From assembly GCA_963667465.2 (NCBI GenBank), contig CAXXDN010000001.1, positions 768,001-832,000 on the forward strand: a stretch of 64,000 nucleotides of DNA, written 5' to 3'. This stretch comes from Dehalococcoidia bacterium. GTDB taxonomy: Bacteria; Chloroflexota; Dehalococcoidia; UBA2979. Below the pieces are notes generated by a model. That model saw nothing but the letters and a program-made list of their open reading frames with translations, was not told the origin of the DNA and searched no databases. The translations under genes were made by a program, and so were the position numbers. Positions 20,424-30,973 of the stretch are shown piece by piece (positions within the stretch are counted from its first letter, which is position 1; each line of letters opens with the position of its first letter).

Positions 20424-21989
20424 ATGACAGCCATCGGTTCGCCCTGGTCACGACGCGTTGCCTTGCTCCTTGCGGGTTTCGCGACCGTCATGGCCTTGGC
20501 TTGCAGCGGCGGTGATGAGGCGATCGGCGAGACGGTAGTCCCCACTCCTGGCCACACCACTGAAGCGCCGCCGGAGACTCCGACCCAGGCGCCACAGCCG
20601 ACTGAAGCACCGCCTGAGACTCCCACCCAGATGCCGCAGCCCACTGAAGCACCGCCTGAGACTCCCACCCAGATGCCGCAGCCGAGTGAAGCACCGCCTG
20701 AGACTCCCACCCGGGCGCCACAGCCGAGTGAAGCACCGCCTGAGACTCCCACCCAGATGCCGCAGCCGAGTGAAGCACCGCCTGAGACTCCCACCCAGGC
20801 GCCGCAGCCGAGTGAAGCACCGCCTGAGACTCCCACTGCACCGAACGCGACAGCGACCCGACGGCAATCCCGGTCCCCATGCGAACACATCGACCCTTCC
20901 CCGCGGGCAATTGAGTTCGAGGGCGACTTCTCGCCAGAACAACGCGTCAGATACGCAGCCGAGATCACGCGAGAGTACGAGAGCGTGGCCTGCTTCTTCT
21001 CCACACGCTTCGGGTTGACGGCGCCGGCACTGACTATCCGGCTCGCGGCGCCTGATGCACCGGGAGCGCAGGGCTTCGCGTACGGCGGGGGAGTCATCCA
21101 CCTGGAGCAGTACCGCCGCTCAACCACCACCACCGAGGTGCGTGGAGGGACGGTGACAGTGGGTGCTGATGAGCTGGGGTTCGTCGGGGTCATCGCGCAT
21201 GAATACGTGCACGCGCTCCAGATTCAGATTGACAACGACACATGGGCGCCCTCCTGGATTCACGAGGGGACGGCGTGGTATCTCGACGCTCTCCACGATC
21301 AGGTGAGTGGGAATCATGACTTCTTCAAGAGCCGCCCGCATCTGTTGTGGTTCGCCAGGGGCTGGAGGGGCTCGCTCCGCGAGATGGAGTCTCCGGATTG
21401 GTGGCACGCGGGGGTCGGATTCCTCGCGATAGAGCGGCTTGTTGAGCGTTCCGGCGAGGCCTCCCTGTTCGACTTCTACCGGCAACTCGCCGCCGCCTCC
21501 GACTGGCAGGTGGCGTTCGAGAGCAGCTTCGGTCTGACTGCGGAGGAATTCTACCGGGACTTTGAGTCCTGGCGCGCTGAAGCGGTACCACCGTGGTCAT
21601 ACTTCTCTGGGGTGGTCGTCGGGCCCGATGGCAATCCCGCACAGGGCGTTTTCATCGGCGCGGTGCGTTCGCTTCCCGGGTCCCTGGCGAGCGCTACGGA
21701 CAGTTGGGTTGTCCCGATTGGCGTGAGCGGGGACGAGGGCATGTTCCGCACATCTGCGGAGCCCGGCCTTACGGTCCTCATTGTCGGAACCGAAGCCTGC
21801 GGGGACGTTGGCTTCGTGAGCAACGAGGGAGGGCTCACCCGCGATCCAGGCGCTGCGCGCCGGTACACGATCGAACTCGAAGGCGTATCAGGCATCAACG
21901 TGCGGTTGCCACGCTCTCCCGAAGATCTGTGCGCGCCCGAAGACGCTTACACATGGAACCCGATACGGGCCATGGGCTGGAGGGACTAG
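20424..21989 (+). CDS. Secreted lipoprotein with Pro/Thr/Glu repeats and zincin (peptidase MA-like) domain
   Basis: Lipobox LAC, repeats, HEYVH...W..EG zinc-binding motif; lower GC than flanks. Confidence 0.75.
   Translation: MTAIGSPWSRRVALLLAGFATVMALACSGGDEAIGETVVPTPGHTTEAPPETPTQAPQPTEAPPETPTQMPQPTEAPPETPTQMPQPSEAPPETPTRAPQPSEAPPETPTQMPQPSEAPPETPTQAPQPSEAPPETPTAPNATATRRQSRSPCEHIDPSPRAIEFEGDFSPEQRVRYAAEITREYESVACFFSTRFGLTAPALTIRLAAPDAPGAQGFAYGGGVIHLEQYRRSTTTTEVRGGTVTVGADELGFVGVIAHEYVHALQIQIDNDTWAPSWIHEGTAWYLDALHDQVSGNHDFFKSRPHLLWFARGWRGSLREMESPDWWHAGVGFLAIERLVERSGEASLFDFYRQLAAASDWQVAFESSFGLTAEEFYRDFESWRAEAVPPWSYFSGVVVGPDGNPAQGVFIGAVRSLPGSLASATDSWVVPIGVSGDEGMFRTSAEPGLTVLIVGTEACGDVGFVSNEGGLTRDPGAARRYTIELEGVSGINVRLPRSPEDLCAPEDAYTWNPIRAMGWRD
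20559..20837 (+). repeat. 42-bp intragenic tandem repeat x~6.6 encoding (T/S)EAPPETPTQ(A/M)PQP
   Basis: Units start 20559, 20601, 20643, 20685, 20727, 20769, 20811. Confidence 0.95.
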
Positions 21990-22291
21990 CGGGGTCAGTC
22001 TGCGGCCGCAAGCGGTGCGGCGAAAAGATGCTCGACCTCGTGACCTTTATCATATTCGGCCAGCCACCGCGGGACGAGTCGGCGCAGGGACGAACCCCCG
22101 AGGGTGATCGGCTAAGACCAGGCGACACATCGCGCTATGCGTCAGGACCATACCTTGGCCTTTCCGATGACGCGCTCGGGGGTGCGGCCACGGGTCCAGC
22201 GGCCGACCTTCCCTGGCAGGACGCCTCGCCGCGCCGGCGCCGTTCGTCGCAGGGCGGCGGTTTCGTATGATGGCCGCCGGACGGAGGGCCC

Positions 22292-23188
22292 ATGCTCGAG
22301 ATCACGCGCATCGACCGCGTCGGCGTCGTCGTGCCGGCGTTGCCGCCGCAAGTCGCGCTGTTCGAGGAGCTGTTCGGCTTCCGCGCCGGCACACCAACTG
22401 TCGATGCCGACGGCAGCGCGGTGCGCGTCCGGCTCTCGATGCCGGGCCGCTCCGGCGTCGACTGGGAGGTGGCCGCGCCGACGCTCAAGTCCTCGCCGTT
22501 ACAGGCGTTCATCGACAGCCCACTCGGGCCGGGCATCCACAACCTCGTGCTACGCGTTCCCGGCCTCGATGCTGCCGTTCAGGAGCTGCGAAGCCACGAG
22601 ATCGAGCCGTGGCGCGGCGACCCCGGCGACGGCAGCGAGCCGGGCGAGGAGGTCTTCATCCACCCCTCGCGCGGCGGGCAGGGCTTCCTCTTCCGCCTGC
22701 GCGGCCTTGAGGATGGGGGCGAGCGGCCGCCGCCGCCCGAGGACCACGAGGGCGCGCTCGGCATCATCGCGCTCGACCATCTCTCGCATGCGCATGGCGA
22801 GCGCGACGCCCTCGCGGACTGGTACGAGCGCGTCTTCGGGATGCGGCTCGGCCGCCGCGGGCAGGCGGACGAGCGGCCGTTCGTGACCACGGTGCTCGAC
22901 ATTCCGACCGGGCAGCTGCACTGGGAAGTGATCCAGCCCGTCGGCGAGCGTTCGTTCATCCAGCGCTTCATCGATCGGCGCGGTCCCGGGATCCACCACG
23001 TCACCTTCCAGGTCGGCGACTGGGAGCGCGCGCTCGCCGCCTGCGAGGCCTACGGCGTGACCACCTTCGGCGGCTCGGAGGGCGTCAGGGACGGCTCGGG
23101 CTGGGCCGAGACCTTTCTCCATCCCCGCCAGGCCGGCGGAATGCTGGTGCAGCTCTTCTGGGAAGAGCACCCGGGCGTGTGGATCTAG
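22292..23188 (+). CDS. VOC family protein, tandem methylmalonyl-CoA-epimerase-like domains
   Basis: Two repeats of F(I)D..GPGIHH/N and F(I/L)HP..G.G motifs. Confidence 0.85.
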   Translation: MLEITRIDRVGVVVPALPPQVALFEELFGFRAGTPTVDADGSAVRVRLSMPGRSGVDWEVAAPTLKSSPLQAFIDSPLGPGIHNLVLRVPGLDAAVQELRSHEIEPWRGDPGDGSEPGEEVFIHPSRGGQGFLFRLRGLEDGGERPPPPEDHEGALGIIALDHLSHAHGERDALADWYERVFGMRLGRRGQADERPFVTTVLDIPTGQLHWEVIQPVGERSFIQRFIDRRGPGIHHVTFQVGDWERALAACEAYGVTTFGGSEGVRDGSGWAETFLHPRQAGGMLVQLFWEEHPGVWI

Positions 23189-23190
23189 GC

Positions 23191-24603
23191 GTGGCCTCGG
23201 ACCTCGACCTCGGCGCCGCGACGATCACCGGCCTCGGCGAGCGCATCCGGCGCCGCGAGCTCTCGCCCGTCGAGGTGATCGAGGCGACGAACGAGCGCAT
23301 CGAGCGGCTGCAGCCCGTGCTGCACTCGTTTGTCACGCACTGCGGGGACTACGCGCTGGAACGCGCGCGCCAGGCGGAGCGCGAGATCGCGGCGAACCGC
23401 TATCGCGGACCGCTGCACGGCATCCCCTACACGCTCAAGGACGTGATCGCCACGCGCGGCGTGCGCACCACCTTCGGCAACCCTCGAGGCGTCGACTATC
23501 GCCCGCCGGAGCAGGCGACGCTGCACCGGTTGCTGGAGGAGGCGGGTGCGATCCTCGTCGGCAAGGTCGTCTCGGAGATCGGCCGCGACACGCGCGGGCC
23601 GGTCGGCTGCCGTAACGCCTGGGACCCCTCGCGCAGCCCCGGCACGTCGAGCAGCGGCTCCGGCTCGGCCACGGCGGCCTCGCTGGGACTGCTCTCGATC
23701 GGCACGGACACCGGCGGCTCCGTCCGCCACCCCGGCAGCAACAGCAACCTTGTCGCGATGAAGCCGACGTTCGGGCGCATCTCCCGCCACGGCATCTGGG
23801 CCGCGTCGTGGAGTGACGACACCGCCGGCCCGCTCACGAAGACCGTCGAGGACAACGCCGCCGCCCTCGAGGCGATCGGCGCCTACGACCCGCTCGACCC
23901 GCTGAGCATCAACGAGCCGCCCTCGGACTACCGCGCCGGCCTCGGCGACGGCATCGCCGGCGTGCGCATCGGCGTCCCGGTGGACGACTGGATCTGGCGC
24001 GACTGGCTGAGCGAGGACGAAGAGGAGATCGCACGCGCGGCGATCGAGCGGCTCGGCGAGCTGGGCGCCGCGCTCTCGGAGGTGCGGATGCCGCTCGCGG
24101 AGCACGCCCGCAATCGCGCACTGGGCCTCTCGCTGGCCTCGGAGCGTCCGGTCTTCATCCGCGATCACTTCAGCGAGGCGGAGATCGAGGCGTGGACGGA
24201 GATCCACCCGCAGATCGAGACGGGCGAGGCGCAGCCGTTCGAGCAGTACCTGCATACGCAGCAGTTCCGCGCGCGCATTACGCAGGAATCAAACGCCGTG
24301 CTGCGCGAGGTGGACGTGATCGCGATGCCGACGGGCAGCACCTACGGTGACGCCTGGGACGCGGAGACGGTCGTGATCCGCGGCCGCGAGGTGCAGGCCC
24401 GCTCGCGCGGTGTCTACCGCAACGGCGCCGCCAGCGTCTCCGGCCACCCGGCGATCTCGGTGCCGTGCGGCTTCGGCAACGACGACCGCTGGCCGGTGGG
24501 GCTGATGCTGCACGGCCGCTCGCTGGAGGAGGGGCTGCTCTACCGCGTGGCCCACGCCTACCAGCAGTCCACCGACTGGCACCTCCGCCAGCCGCCGCTC
24601 TGA
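23191..24603 (+). CDS. Amidase (amidase-signature family)
   Basis: GPLHGIPYTLKD, PGTSSSGS, GTDTGGSVR Ser-cisSer-Lys triad; start could be 23179. Confidence 0.92.
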   Translation: MASDLDLGAATITGLGERIRRRELSPVEVIEATNERIERLQPVLHSFVTHCGDYALERARQAEREIAANRYRGPLHGIPYTLKDVIATRGVRTTFGNPRGVDYRPPEQATLHRLLEEAGAILVGKVVSEIGRDTRGPVGCRNAWDPSRSPGTSSSGSGSATAASLGLLSIGTDTGGSVRHPGSNSNLVAMKPTFGRISRHGIWAASWSDDTAGPLTKTVEDNAAALEAIGAYDPLDPLSINEPPSDYRAGLGDGIAGVRIGVPVDDWIWRDWLSEDEEEIARAAIERLGELGAALSEVRMPLAEHARNRALGLSLASERPVFIRDHFSEAEIEAWTEIHPQIETGEAQPFEQYLHTQQFRARITQESNAVLREVDVIAMPTGSTYGDAWDAETVVIRGREVQARSRGVYRNGAASVSGHPAISVPCGFGNDDRWPVGLMLHGRSLEEGLLYRVAHAYQQSTDWHLRQPPL

Positions 24604-24810
24604 CCTCGCGGGCATGGCCGAGCCCGGTCATCGCGCACGAAGCCACGTTGCCTGAGAAGGCGCGGTGGTCCCGCCGCGCGCTGCCGGGGGCGGATGTATG
24701 CCCGGTCAGCGCAGAGCTGCCGGACTGTCATTGACCGGCGCCGCCCCGCTCCGTACGGTGTAGCCGCCCCGCGCTGGCCCTTGAACCCCTGCAGCACGCG
24801 CGCGAGGAGC

Positions 24811-25551
24811 ATGGTCTTGCGGCGTTTCGCGTTGTCCGTGGGGAAGCAGACCCTGGGCGCGCTTCGAGACCTGGCCCCCATCTTCGCCGTTGTCGCGTTC
24901 TTTCAGATTGTCGTCCTGCAACAGCCCTTTCCGGACATCGCCGACGTGATTGTCGGGTTGGTGTGCGTGGTCCTGGGGCTGGCGCTATTCGTCGAGGGGC
25001 TGGAGCGCGGGCTGTTTCCGCTGGGCGAGGCGCTGGCGCAGGGGATGGCGCGCAAGGGCAGCACGACGGCACTGCTGGCGATGGCGTTCTGTCTGGGCTT
25101 CGGGACCACCGTGGCGGAGCCGGCGCTGATTGCCGTGGCGGCCGAGGCGGCTGAGGTGGCGGCGGATGCGGGCTTCATCGGCGGCAGCCAGGCCGCCCAG
25201 AACCAGTACGCCCTCGAGGTGCGCGCGGTGGTGGCCGTCGCCGTCGGCCTCGCCATCGTGTTGGGCGTGCTGCGCATCCTGAAGGGGTGGCCCATTCACC
25301 GCTTCATCATCAGCGGCTACGTGTTGGTCATGGTGATGACCCTGTTCGCGCCCGAGGAGATTGTGGGGGTGGCGTACGACTCCGGGGGCGTGACGACCAG
25401 CACGATCACGGTGCCCCTGATCACCGCGCTGGGAGTGGGCCTCGCCTCCACCATCCGGGGGCGCAGCCCGATGCTCGACGGCTTCGGGCTGATCGCCTTC
25501 GCCAGCCTCACGCCCATGATCTGCGTGCTGGGCTACGGGATGGTGGCGTGA
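24811..25551 (+). CDS. DUF1538 membrane protein (copy 1)
   Basis: [38 protein letters not shown]. Confidence 0.9.
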   Translation: MVLRRFALSVGKQTLGALRDLAPIFAVVAFFQIVVLQQPFPDIADVIVGLVCVVLGLALFVEGLERGLFPLGEALAQGMARKGSTTALLAMAFCLGFGTTVAEPALIAVAAEAAEVAADAGFIGGSQAAQNQYALEVRAVVAVAVGLAIVLGVLRILKGWPIHRFIISGYVLVMVMTLFAPEEIVGVAYDSGGVTTSTITVPLITALGVGLASTIRGRSPMLDGFGLIAFASLTPMICVLGYGMVA

Positions 25552-26339
25552 TGCTGGAGTTTGCGGCGCGCTTCGGCGAAACCCTGCTGTACACGCTGAG
25601 GGACGTGACGCCCATCGTCGTGATCCTGGTGGTGTTCCAGTTGGGGGTGCTGCGGCGCAGCCTGCCCAACATCAGGGGCATCGTCACCGGGTCGGTGATG
25701 GTGCTGCTGGGCCTGGCGCTGTTCCTCATCGGGCTGGAGCAGGCGCTGTTCCCCATCGGCGAGACGATGGCGCGGCAACTCACGGAGACGGCCGGGTCGT
25801 CGTCGCTGACGAGCGCGGTGCGCTGGGAGGACTACTGGGTCGTCTATCTCTTCGCGGCGGCCATCGGCTTTGCGACGACTGTGGCCGAGCCGGCCCTGAT
25901 CGCGGTAGCGCTGAAAGCCGAGGAGGTTTCGGGCCGCACGGTGAACGCCTGGGGGCTCCGGATCGCCGTGGCGGTGGGCGTGGCCGCCGGGGTGTCGCTG
26001 GGGTGCTTCCGCATCGTGACCGGTACGCCGCTGCCGTGGTACATCGTGGTGGCCTACGTGGTCGTCATCGTGCAGACGTTCCTGAGCAGGCGCACCATCG
26101 TGCCGCTGGCCTACGACAGCGGGGGCGTCACTACCTCGACCGTCACGGTGCCGGTGGTGACGGCGCTGGGCCTGGGCCTCGCCGCCAACGTCCCGGGGCG
26201 CAGCCCGCTCCTCGACGGCTTCGGGCTCATCGCCTTCGCCAGTGTCTTTCCGATCATGTCGGTGCTAGGCTACGCCATCGTCGCGGAGCGGGTAGGGCGC
26301 TGGCGCACACGGAGGGAACGCCAGGGGGTCGAGTCATGA
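25551..26339 (+). CDS. DUF1538 membrane protein (copy 2)
   Basis: Same motifs ([35 protein letters not shown]); start overlaps upstream stop. Confidence 0.9.
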   Translation: MLEFAARFGETLLYTLRDVTPIVVILVVFQLGVLRRSLPNIRGIVTGSVMVLLGLALFLIGLEQALFPIGETMARQLTETAGSSSLTSAVRWEDYWVVYLFAAAIGFATTVAEPALIAVALKAEEVSGRTVNAWGLRIAVAVGVAAGVSLGCFRIVTGTPLPWYIVVAYVVVIVQTFLSRRTIVPLAYDSGGVTTSTVTVPVVTALGLGLAANVPGRSPLLDGFGLIAFASVFPIMSVLGYAIVAERVGRWRTRRERQGVES

Positions 26340-26686
26340 AGATGGCGCTGGTCGTCGCGCTGGTGAGCACCGAGAAGACGAACGACATCATCGATGCGGC
26401 GCGGGCCGGCGGCGCGACGGGCGCCACCATCATCGGCGGCGTGCGTGGCGAGGGACTGAAGCCGGCAAAGACCTTTCTCGGGCTGGACCTGGCGGCGAGC
26501 GGAGACGTTGTGCTCTTTCTGGTCGCGGAACCGCGGGCCCGCGACATCCTCGAGCGCCTCGCGGCGGCCGGGGGCATGGACCGCGAGCACGGCGCAGGCG
26601 TCGCCTTTCAACTTACTATCGAGGACGCCGTCGGCCTCTCAACGCAGTTGCCCACGCTCATGGAGGAGTTGGAAGACGCCGTATGA
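26336..26686 (+). CDS. P-II-like signal transduction protein
   Basis: AAR.GGATGATI...RGEG....TFLGL, G.GVAF.L.IEDAVGL. Confidence 0.85.
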   Translation: MKMALVVALVSTEKTNDIIDAARAGGATGATIIGGVRGEGLKPAKTFLGLDLAASGDVVLFLVAEPRARDILERLAAAGGMDREHGAGVAFQLTIEDAVGLSTQLPTLMEELEDAV

Positions 26687-27093
26687 CTGATCAGGGCGAC
26701 CATCCGGCGATCCGCGTGTCCGACATCATGGGGACCGAGGTGCACGCCATCGACGGACTGGCGACGGTGGCCGAGGCCATGGCGCTGATGAAGCGGCTGC
26801 AGATCAGCTCGTTGGTGGTCAACCGCCGCCACGACGACGACGAACCGGGGCTGATCACGGTGAGCGATCTGGCGCGGGAGGTTGTCGCGCGCGACCGCGC
26901 GCCCGAGCGGGTCAATGTCTACGAGGTCATGGCGAAACCGGCGTTGACGGTGCGCTCGGGGATGCTGGCGCGCTACGCGGTGCGGCTGCTGGTGCAGTTT
27001 CACGTCTCGCGCGCGCTGGTCGTCGACGACGCCGGGACTCCCCGCGGCCTGGTGACGCTGCGCGACCTGGTTTTGGGGCTGACCCGGGAATAG
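26683..27093 (+). CDS. CBS-domain pair protein
   Basis: VSDIM, ISSLVV, GLITVSD, VYEVMAKP, GLVTLRD. Confidence 0.9.
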   Translation: MTDQGDHPAIRVSDIMGTEVHAIDGLATVAEAMALMKRLQISSLVVNRRHDDDEPGLITVSDLAREVVARDRAPERVNVYEVMAKPALTVRSGMLARYAVRLLVQFHVSRALVVDDAGTPRGLVTLRDLVLGLTRE

Positions 27094-27260
27094 GCGCGGA
27101 GCCCCTTGCTTCGCGCGCCCGGGGCTCAACACACCGCTGACGGCGCAGGACGCGATGCAGATCCCTCACGGCGGCGCCGTGGCGAGACCCTGAGAGGCGA
27201 CGCCAACCCCTGTCAGGACCTCGGCGAGTGGCTACGGCGGGACACGGCCGGAACCCCGCG

Positions 27261-29486
27261 TCAGGCGCTCCGGCCGAGGCGCTTGCGCTTGCGCTGCACA
27301 TAGTCGACCAGAATGTACTCGCCGAGCTTGTCCGGCGTCGTGTAGAAGACACGGCCGCCGTTGATCTTCGCGAGCTGGTTCACGAACTCCTTGAGGTAGT
27401 AGTTGCGGTCCAGCATGAAGGTGTTGATCGTGATGTCCGCCTGCGTGCAGCGGCGGACCTCCTTCAGCGTCTCGCGGATTGTCGTCGGGCTCGGCGGATA
27501 GGAGAACTGCGAGCGGCCGCGCTCCAGGTGCGCGGTCGGTTCGCCGTCCGAGATCATGATGATCTGGCGCGTGCCGCCGCTGTGCCGGGCGAGCTTGTTG
27601 CGGGCCATCATCAGCGCGTGGTGCATGTTGGTGCCGAGCACGGACTCGTCCCAGCGCACGTACGGCAGATCGGCGATCCGCAGCTCCCGCGCGTAGGCGG
27701 AGAAGCCGAGGACGTAGAGCTCGTCACGCGGGTACTGCGTGCTGATCAGGTTGTGCAGGGCGAGCGCGACCTTCTTCGCGGACTGGAACGAGCCACGTAG
27801 CGCCATCGACCAGGAGAGGTCGACCATCACCACGGTGGCGGTCTCTGTCAGCTGCTCGGAGCGATGCACCTCGAAGTCGTCGGGCATGAGGCGCACGGGC
27901 GTCTGCGGTCCCTCACGCTCGACGGCGTTCATGATCGTGCGGCCCATGTGCAGGTGGAACGGGTCGCCGAACTCGTACTCCTTGGTGTCCTCGGTGCGTT
28001 CGCCGTGCCGTCCCGCCTCGGGGATCGGGTGGTTGCCGATGCCCTGGCGCTTGAGCTGTGCGTAGATCTCGGTGAGCGCGCGCTGGCCGATCATGCGCGT
28101 GCCTCGAGGAGTCAACTCCCAGTTGTTGCCCTCGCGCCGGATGTAGCCCTCGCGCTCCAGGATCTCGAGCAGCTCGCCGAGCTGGTCGATTGCCTCGGAC
28201 GCCTCGTCGCCGAGCAGCTCGCGCAGCTGGTCGAGGTCGATGCCGTCGATGTCGCCGTCGTACTGGGCGCGCTCCAGCTGGCGCTCGAGGCCGTCGATGT
28301 CCTGCATCTCCGACATCAGCTGCATCGCCGCCTCGAGGCCGATCTCCTCGTCGCCGCGGAACGGGTAGGCGGGCGCGCGTTCGGCGCCGGGGTTGAGGTA
28401 CTCGAGGTTGGCCGCGAGCTGTGAGAGCTCGCCCTCGAGCTCCGGGTCCCCGAACTTGTCGGCCATCAGCGACTGCAGCTGCTGGCGCTGGTCGCCGGGC
28501 AGCGACTCCATCAGCGACTGCATCGCCTGCGTCTGCGCCTGCATCTGCTCGATCAGCTCGTCGAGCGACTCGGGTGGGTTGTCGCCGAACATGTCGCCGT
28601 ACTTGTCCATGAAGGAGTCGAAGTCGGGCTGCTCGCCGCGCATGCGCTGGATCAGCATGTCGTTGAGGTCGCGCAGCATTTCCTTCATGCGCTCGAGGTC
28701 GCCCTCGGACATCTCGTCGACCATCTGCGAGACATCCTTGAAGAAGGATTCGGTCATCGCCTGCTTGAGCTGCTCGAGCAGTCCCTGGAACTTGTCGCGC
28801 GCGTCCGGGTTGAGGAACTCGTAGTTCTGCAGCGACTGGACCTGGCCCGCGGGCTCGTCCGGCAGCTCTTCGAGGTACTGCTGCTTGCGCTCGACGATGC
28901 GGCGCAGCATGTCGGACAGGTCTCCGTCCCCGGCTGCGCCGCCCTCGCCGCCGGACCCTTGCGCGGGCGCGCCGCCCGCCGTCTCGCCGGGGGCGCCGGC
29001 CTGCTGCTGCGCGGCGCCGCCGGCGCCCTGCTGGCCCTCGGCGCCCTGCGGGCCCTGCTGGTCCTGCTGGCCGTCCGTCTGCGCGCCCGCGCTTGCCTCG
29101 CTGTCCTCGTCCGGGGCCTGATCGGCGGCGTCCGGCTCTGGCTGCGAGGGGCCGCCCGCCTCGGCGAGCCGCTGGTCGAGGGTGCTCTGTTCGAGCTCGA
29201 GGATCTCGCGCAGCGCCTCCTCGATCTGCTGCATCGTGCCGCCGAGGTCGAACTGGTCGAGACGCTGGCGGCGCTGCTGCCGCAGCTGGTGGAGCAGGTC
29301 GCGCAGGCCCGGGGCGCGCGCTCCGTCTGGCCTGCGCATCCCGCGCTGCATCAGGTTGCGCAGCGCGTGCTGCAGGTCTCCGAAGTTCATCAGGTCGTCG
29401 GACAGCGCCTCGAGGATATCGCCGGCCTCGAGTTCCGGGATCTCCTGGCTGCCGTCCCAGGCGGAGTAGCGCGCGAGCAGCGTCAT
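27261..29486 (-). CDS. VWA-domain protein (Rv0959-like partner of AAA+ ATPase)
   Basis: RYS.WDGSQ N-terminus, coiled coils, MIDAS DLSWSM, GTN, SDGEPTAH. Confidence 0.88.
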   Translation of the reverse strand: MTLLARYSAWDGSQEIPELEAGDILEALSDDLMNFGDLQHALRNLMQRGMRRPDGARAPGLRDLLHQLRQQRRQRLDQFDLGGTMQQIEEALREILELEQSTLDQRLAEAGGPSQPEPDAADQAPDEDSEASAGAQTDGQQDQQGPQGAEGQQGAGGAAQQQAGAPGETAGGAPAQGSGGEGGAAGDGDLSDMLRRIVERKQQYLEELPDEPAGQVQSLQNYEFLNPDARDKFQGLLEQLKQAMTESFFKDVSQMVDEMSEGDLERMKEMLRDLNDMLIQRMRGEQPDFDSFMDKYGDMFGDNPPESLDELIEQMQAQTQAMQSLMESLPGDQRQQLQSLMADKFGDPELEGELSQLAANLEYLNPGAERAPAYPFRGDEEIGLEAAMQLMSEMQDIDGLERQLERAQYDGDIDGIDLDQLRELLGDEASEAIDQLGELLEILEREGYIRREGNNWELTPRGTRMIGQRALTEIYAQLKRQGIGNHPIPEAGRHGERTEDTKEYEFGDPFHLHMGRTIMNAVEREGPQTPVRLMPDDFEVHRSEQLTETATVVMVDLSWSMALRGSFQSAKKVALALHNLISTQYPRDELYVLGFSAYARELRIADLPYVRWDESVLGTNMHHALMMARNKLARHSGGTRQIIMISDGEPTAHLERGRSQFSYPPSPTTIRETLKEVRRCTQADITINTFMLDRNYYLKEFVNQLAKINGGRVFYTTPDKLGEYILVDYVQRKRKRLGRSA

Positions 29487-29541
29487 GGTTCGAGCCTCCC
29501 GCTTCTCCGTGCTCCGCCGGGTCTCTGCCCGGCCCGGTTCG

Positions 29542-29584
29542 GCTAGCCCCGGTACAGCTAGCCCCGGTACAGCTAGCCCCGGTA
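29542..29584. repeat. 15-bp tandem repeat GCTAGCCCCGGTACA x~2.9 containing the ATPase stop codon
   Basis: Units at 29542, 29557, 29572. Confidence 0.9.
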
Positions 29585-30973
29585 ATGGGCCTCGCCGTCG
29601 ATGCTGTCCTTGTTGAGGCGCTTGTTGAGGTGCAGCCCTTCGAGCACGAACTCGATCGCCGCGGCTTGCTCCGCGGCCGACTCGCCCGTGGCCACGGCGG
29701 CGACGGCCTCCGCGAGCCCGTCCACGCTGCCGAGCATCGACAGGTAGCCCTCCGAGGGCATCCCCTCCCCGACCTCGGCCGTGACGCCGGTCTTGAACGA
29801 CTCGATCAACGGCTCCATGTCGCTGATGCTGCAATGGCGGTTGAACACGGCCACGACCGCACCCTGGATCAGCCGCTCGATGATCTGGTCCTCGCGGCCT
29901 TCCTCGACGGTTTCGAGTTCGACCTTGCCTTCGAGCGAGGCGCGGATGAACCCGAGGTCGGAGATGCGCGGCGCGACCTCCGGCTCGCCGAGGCGCACGG
30001 CGCGCCGCAGCGCGTTGGCGACGAGCGATTCGTAGTTGGAGATCGAGGCGCGCACGGAAACCCCGGAGCGCTGGTTCACGTCCGGCGAGCGGCGCGCGAG
30101 GCGGGTGACCTCGGCGATGATCTCCTCCATGTAGCGCGGGATCCGCAGCTCGCGCCCGGCCGAGGCGATCTCGACACGCTCCTGGGCGACGATCTCCAGT
30201 TCCTCGTCGATGTCGCGCGGGTAGTGAGTGCGGATATGCGAGCCGTAGCGGTCCTTGAGCGGGGTGATGATGCGGCCGCGGTTGGTGTAGTCCTCCGGGT
30301 TGGCCGTCGCCACGATGAAGACGTCGAGGTCCAGGCGCACCTTGTGGCCGCGGATCTGGATGTCGCGCTCCTCCATCACGTTGAGCAGGCCGACCTGGAT
30401 GCGTTCGGCCAGGTCCGGCAGCTCGTTGATCGCGAAGATGCCGCGGTTGGTGCGCGGGATCAGGCCGTAGTGGATGGTCAGTTGGTCGCTCAGGTAGCGG
30501 CCCTCGGCGACCTTGATCGGGTCCACCTCGCCGATCAGGTCGGCGATGGTGATGTCGGGCGTGGCGAGCTTCTCGCCGTAGCGCTCGTCGCGGTGCATCC
30601 AGTGGATCGGCGCGTCGTCACCGTGCTCCCCGATGATCTGGCGGCCCTGCTCGCTGATCGGGCCGAACGGGTTCTCCGGGATCTCGGCGCCGGCGAGCGT
30701 GGGGATCCACTCGTCGAGCAGCCCGGTGAGGCTGCGGATCAGGCGGGACTTCGCCTGGCCGCGCTCGCCGAGCAGGATCACGTCGTGGCCGGAGAGGAGC
30801 GCATTCTGCAGCTGCGGGATGACGGTCTGGTCGTAGCCCTGGATCTCGGGGAAGAGGTCGTCGCCGCTCTCGATCGCCGCGATCAGGTTCTCGCGCAGCT
30901 CCTCGCGGACGCTGCGCACCTGGTAGCCGGAGCGGCGCAGGGCGCCGAGGGTCGTCGCTCGCTCGCTCGCCAC
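29573..30973 (-). CDS. AAA+ ATPase, Mg-chelatase/MoxR-like (Rv0958-like)
   Basis: GERGQAKS, EKLATPD, INELPDL, TANPEDYTNRGRIITPLKDR; GTG start with AAGGAGG. Confidence 0.9.
   Translation of the reverse strand: MASERATTLGALRRSGYQVRSVREELRENLIAAIESGDDLFPEIQGYDQTVIPQLQNALLSGHDVILLGERGQAKSRLIRSLTGLLDEWIPTLAGAEIPENPFGPISEQGRQIIGEHGDDAPIHWMHRDERYGEKLATPDITIADLIGEVDPIKVAEGRYLSDQLTIHYGLIPRTNRGIFAINELPDLAERIQVGLLNVMEERDIQIRGHKVRLDLDVFIVATANPEDYTNRGRIITPLKDRYGSHIRTHYPRDIDEELEIVAQERVEIASAGRELRIPRYMEEIIAEVTRLARRSPDVNQRSGVSVRASISNYESLVANALRRAVRLGEPEVAPRISDLGFIRASLEGKVELETVEEGREDQIIERLIQGAVVAVFNRHCSISDMEPLIESFKTGVTAEVGEGMPSEGYLSMLGSVDGLAEAVAAVATGESAAEQAAAIEFVLEGLHLNKRLNKDSIDGEAHYRG

Noticed and set aside
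22020-22260. Possible structured RNA or riboswitch before the VOC gene
   Set aside because: No recognisable conserved RNA motif; needs an Rfam/Infernal search
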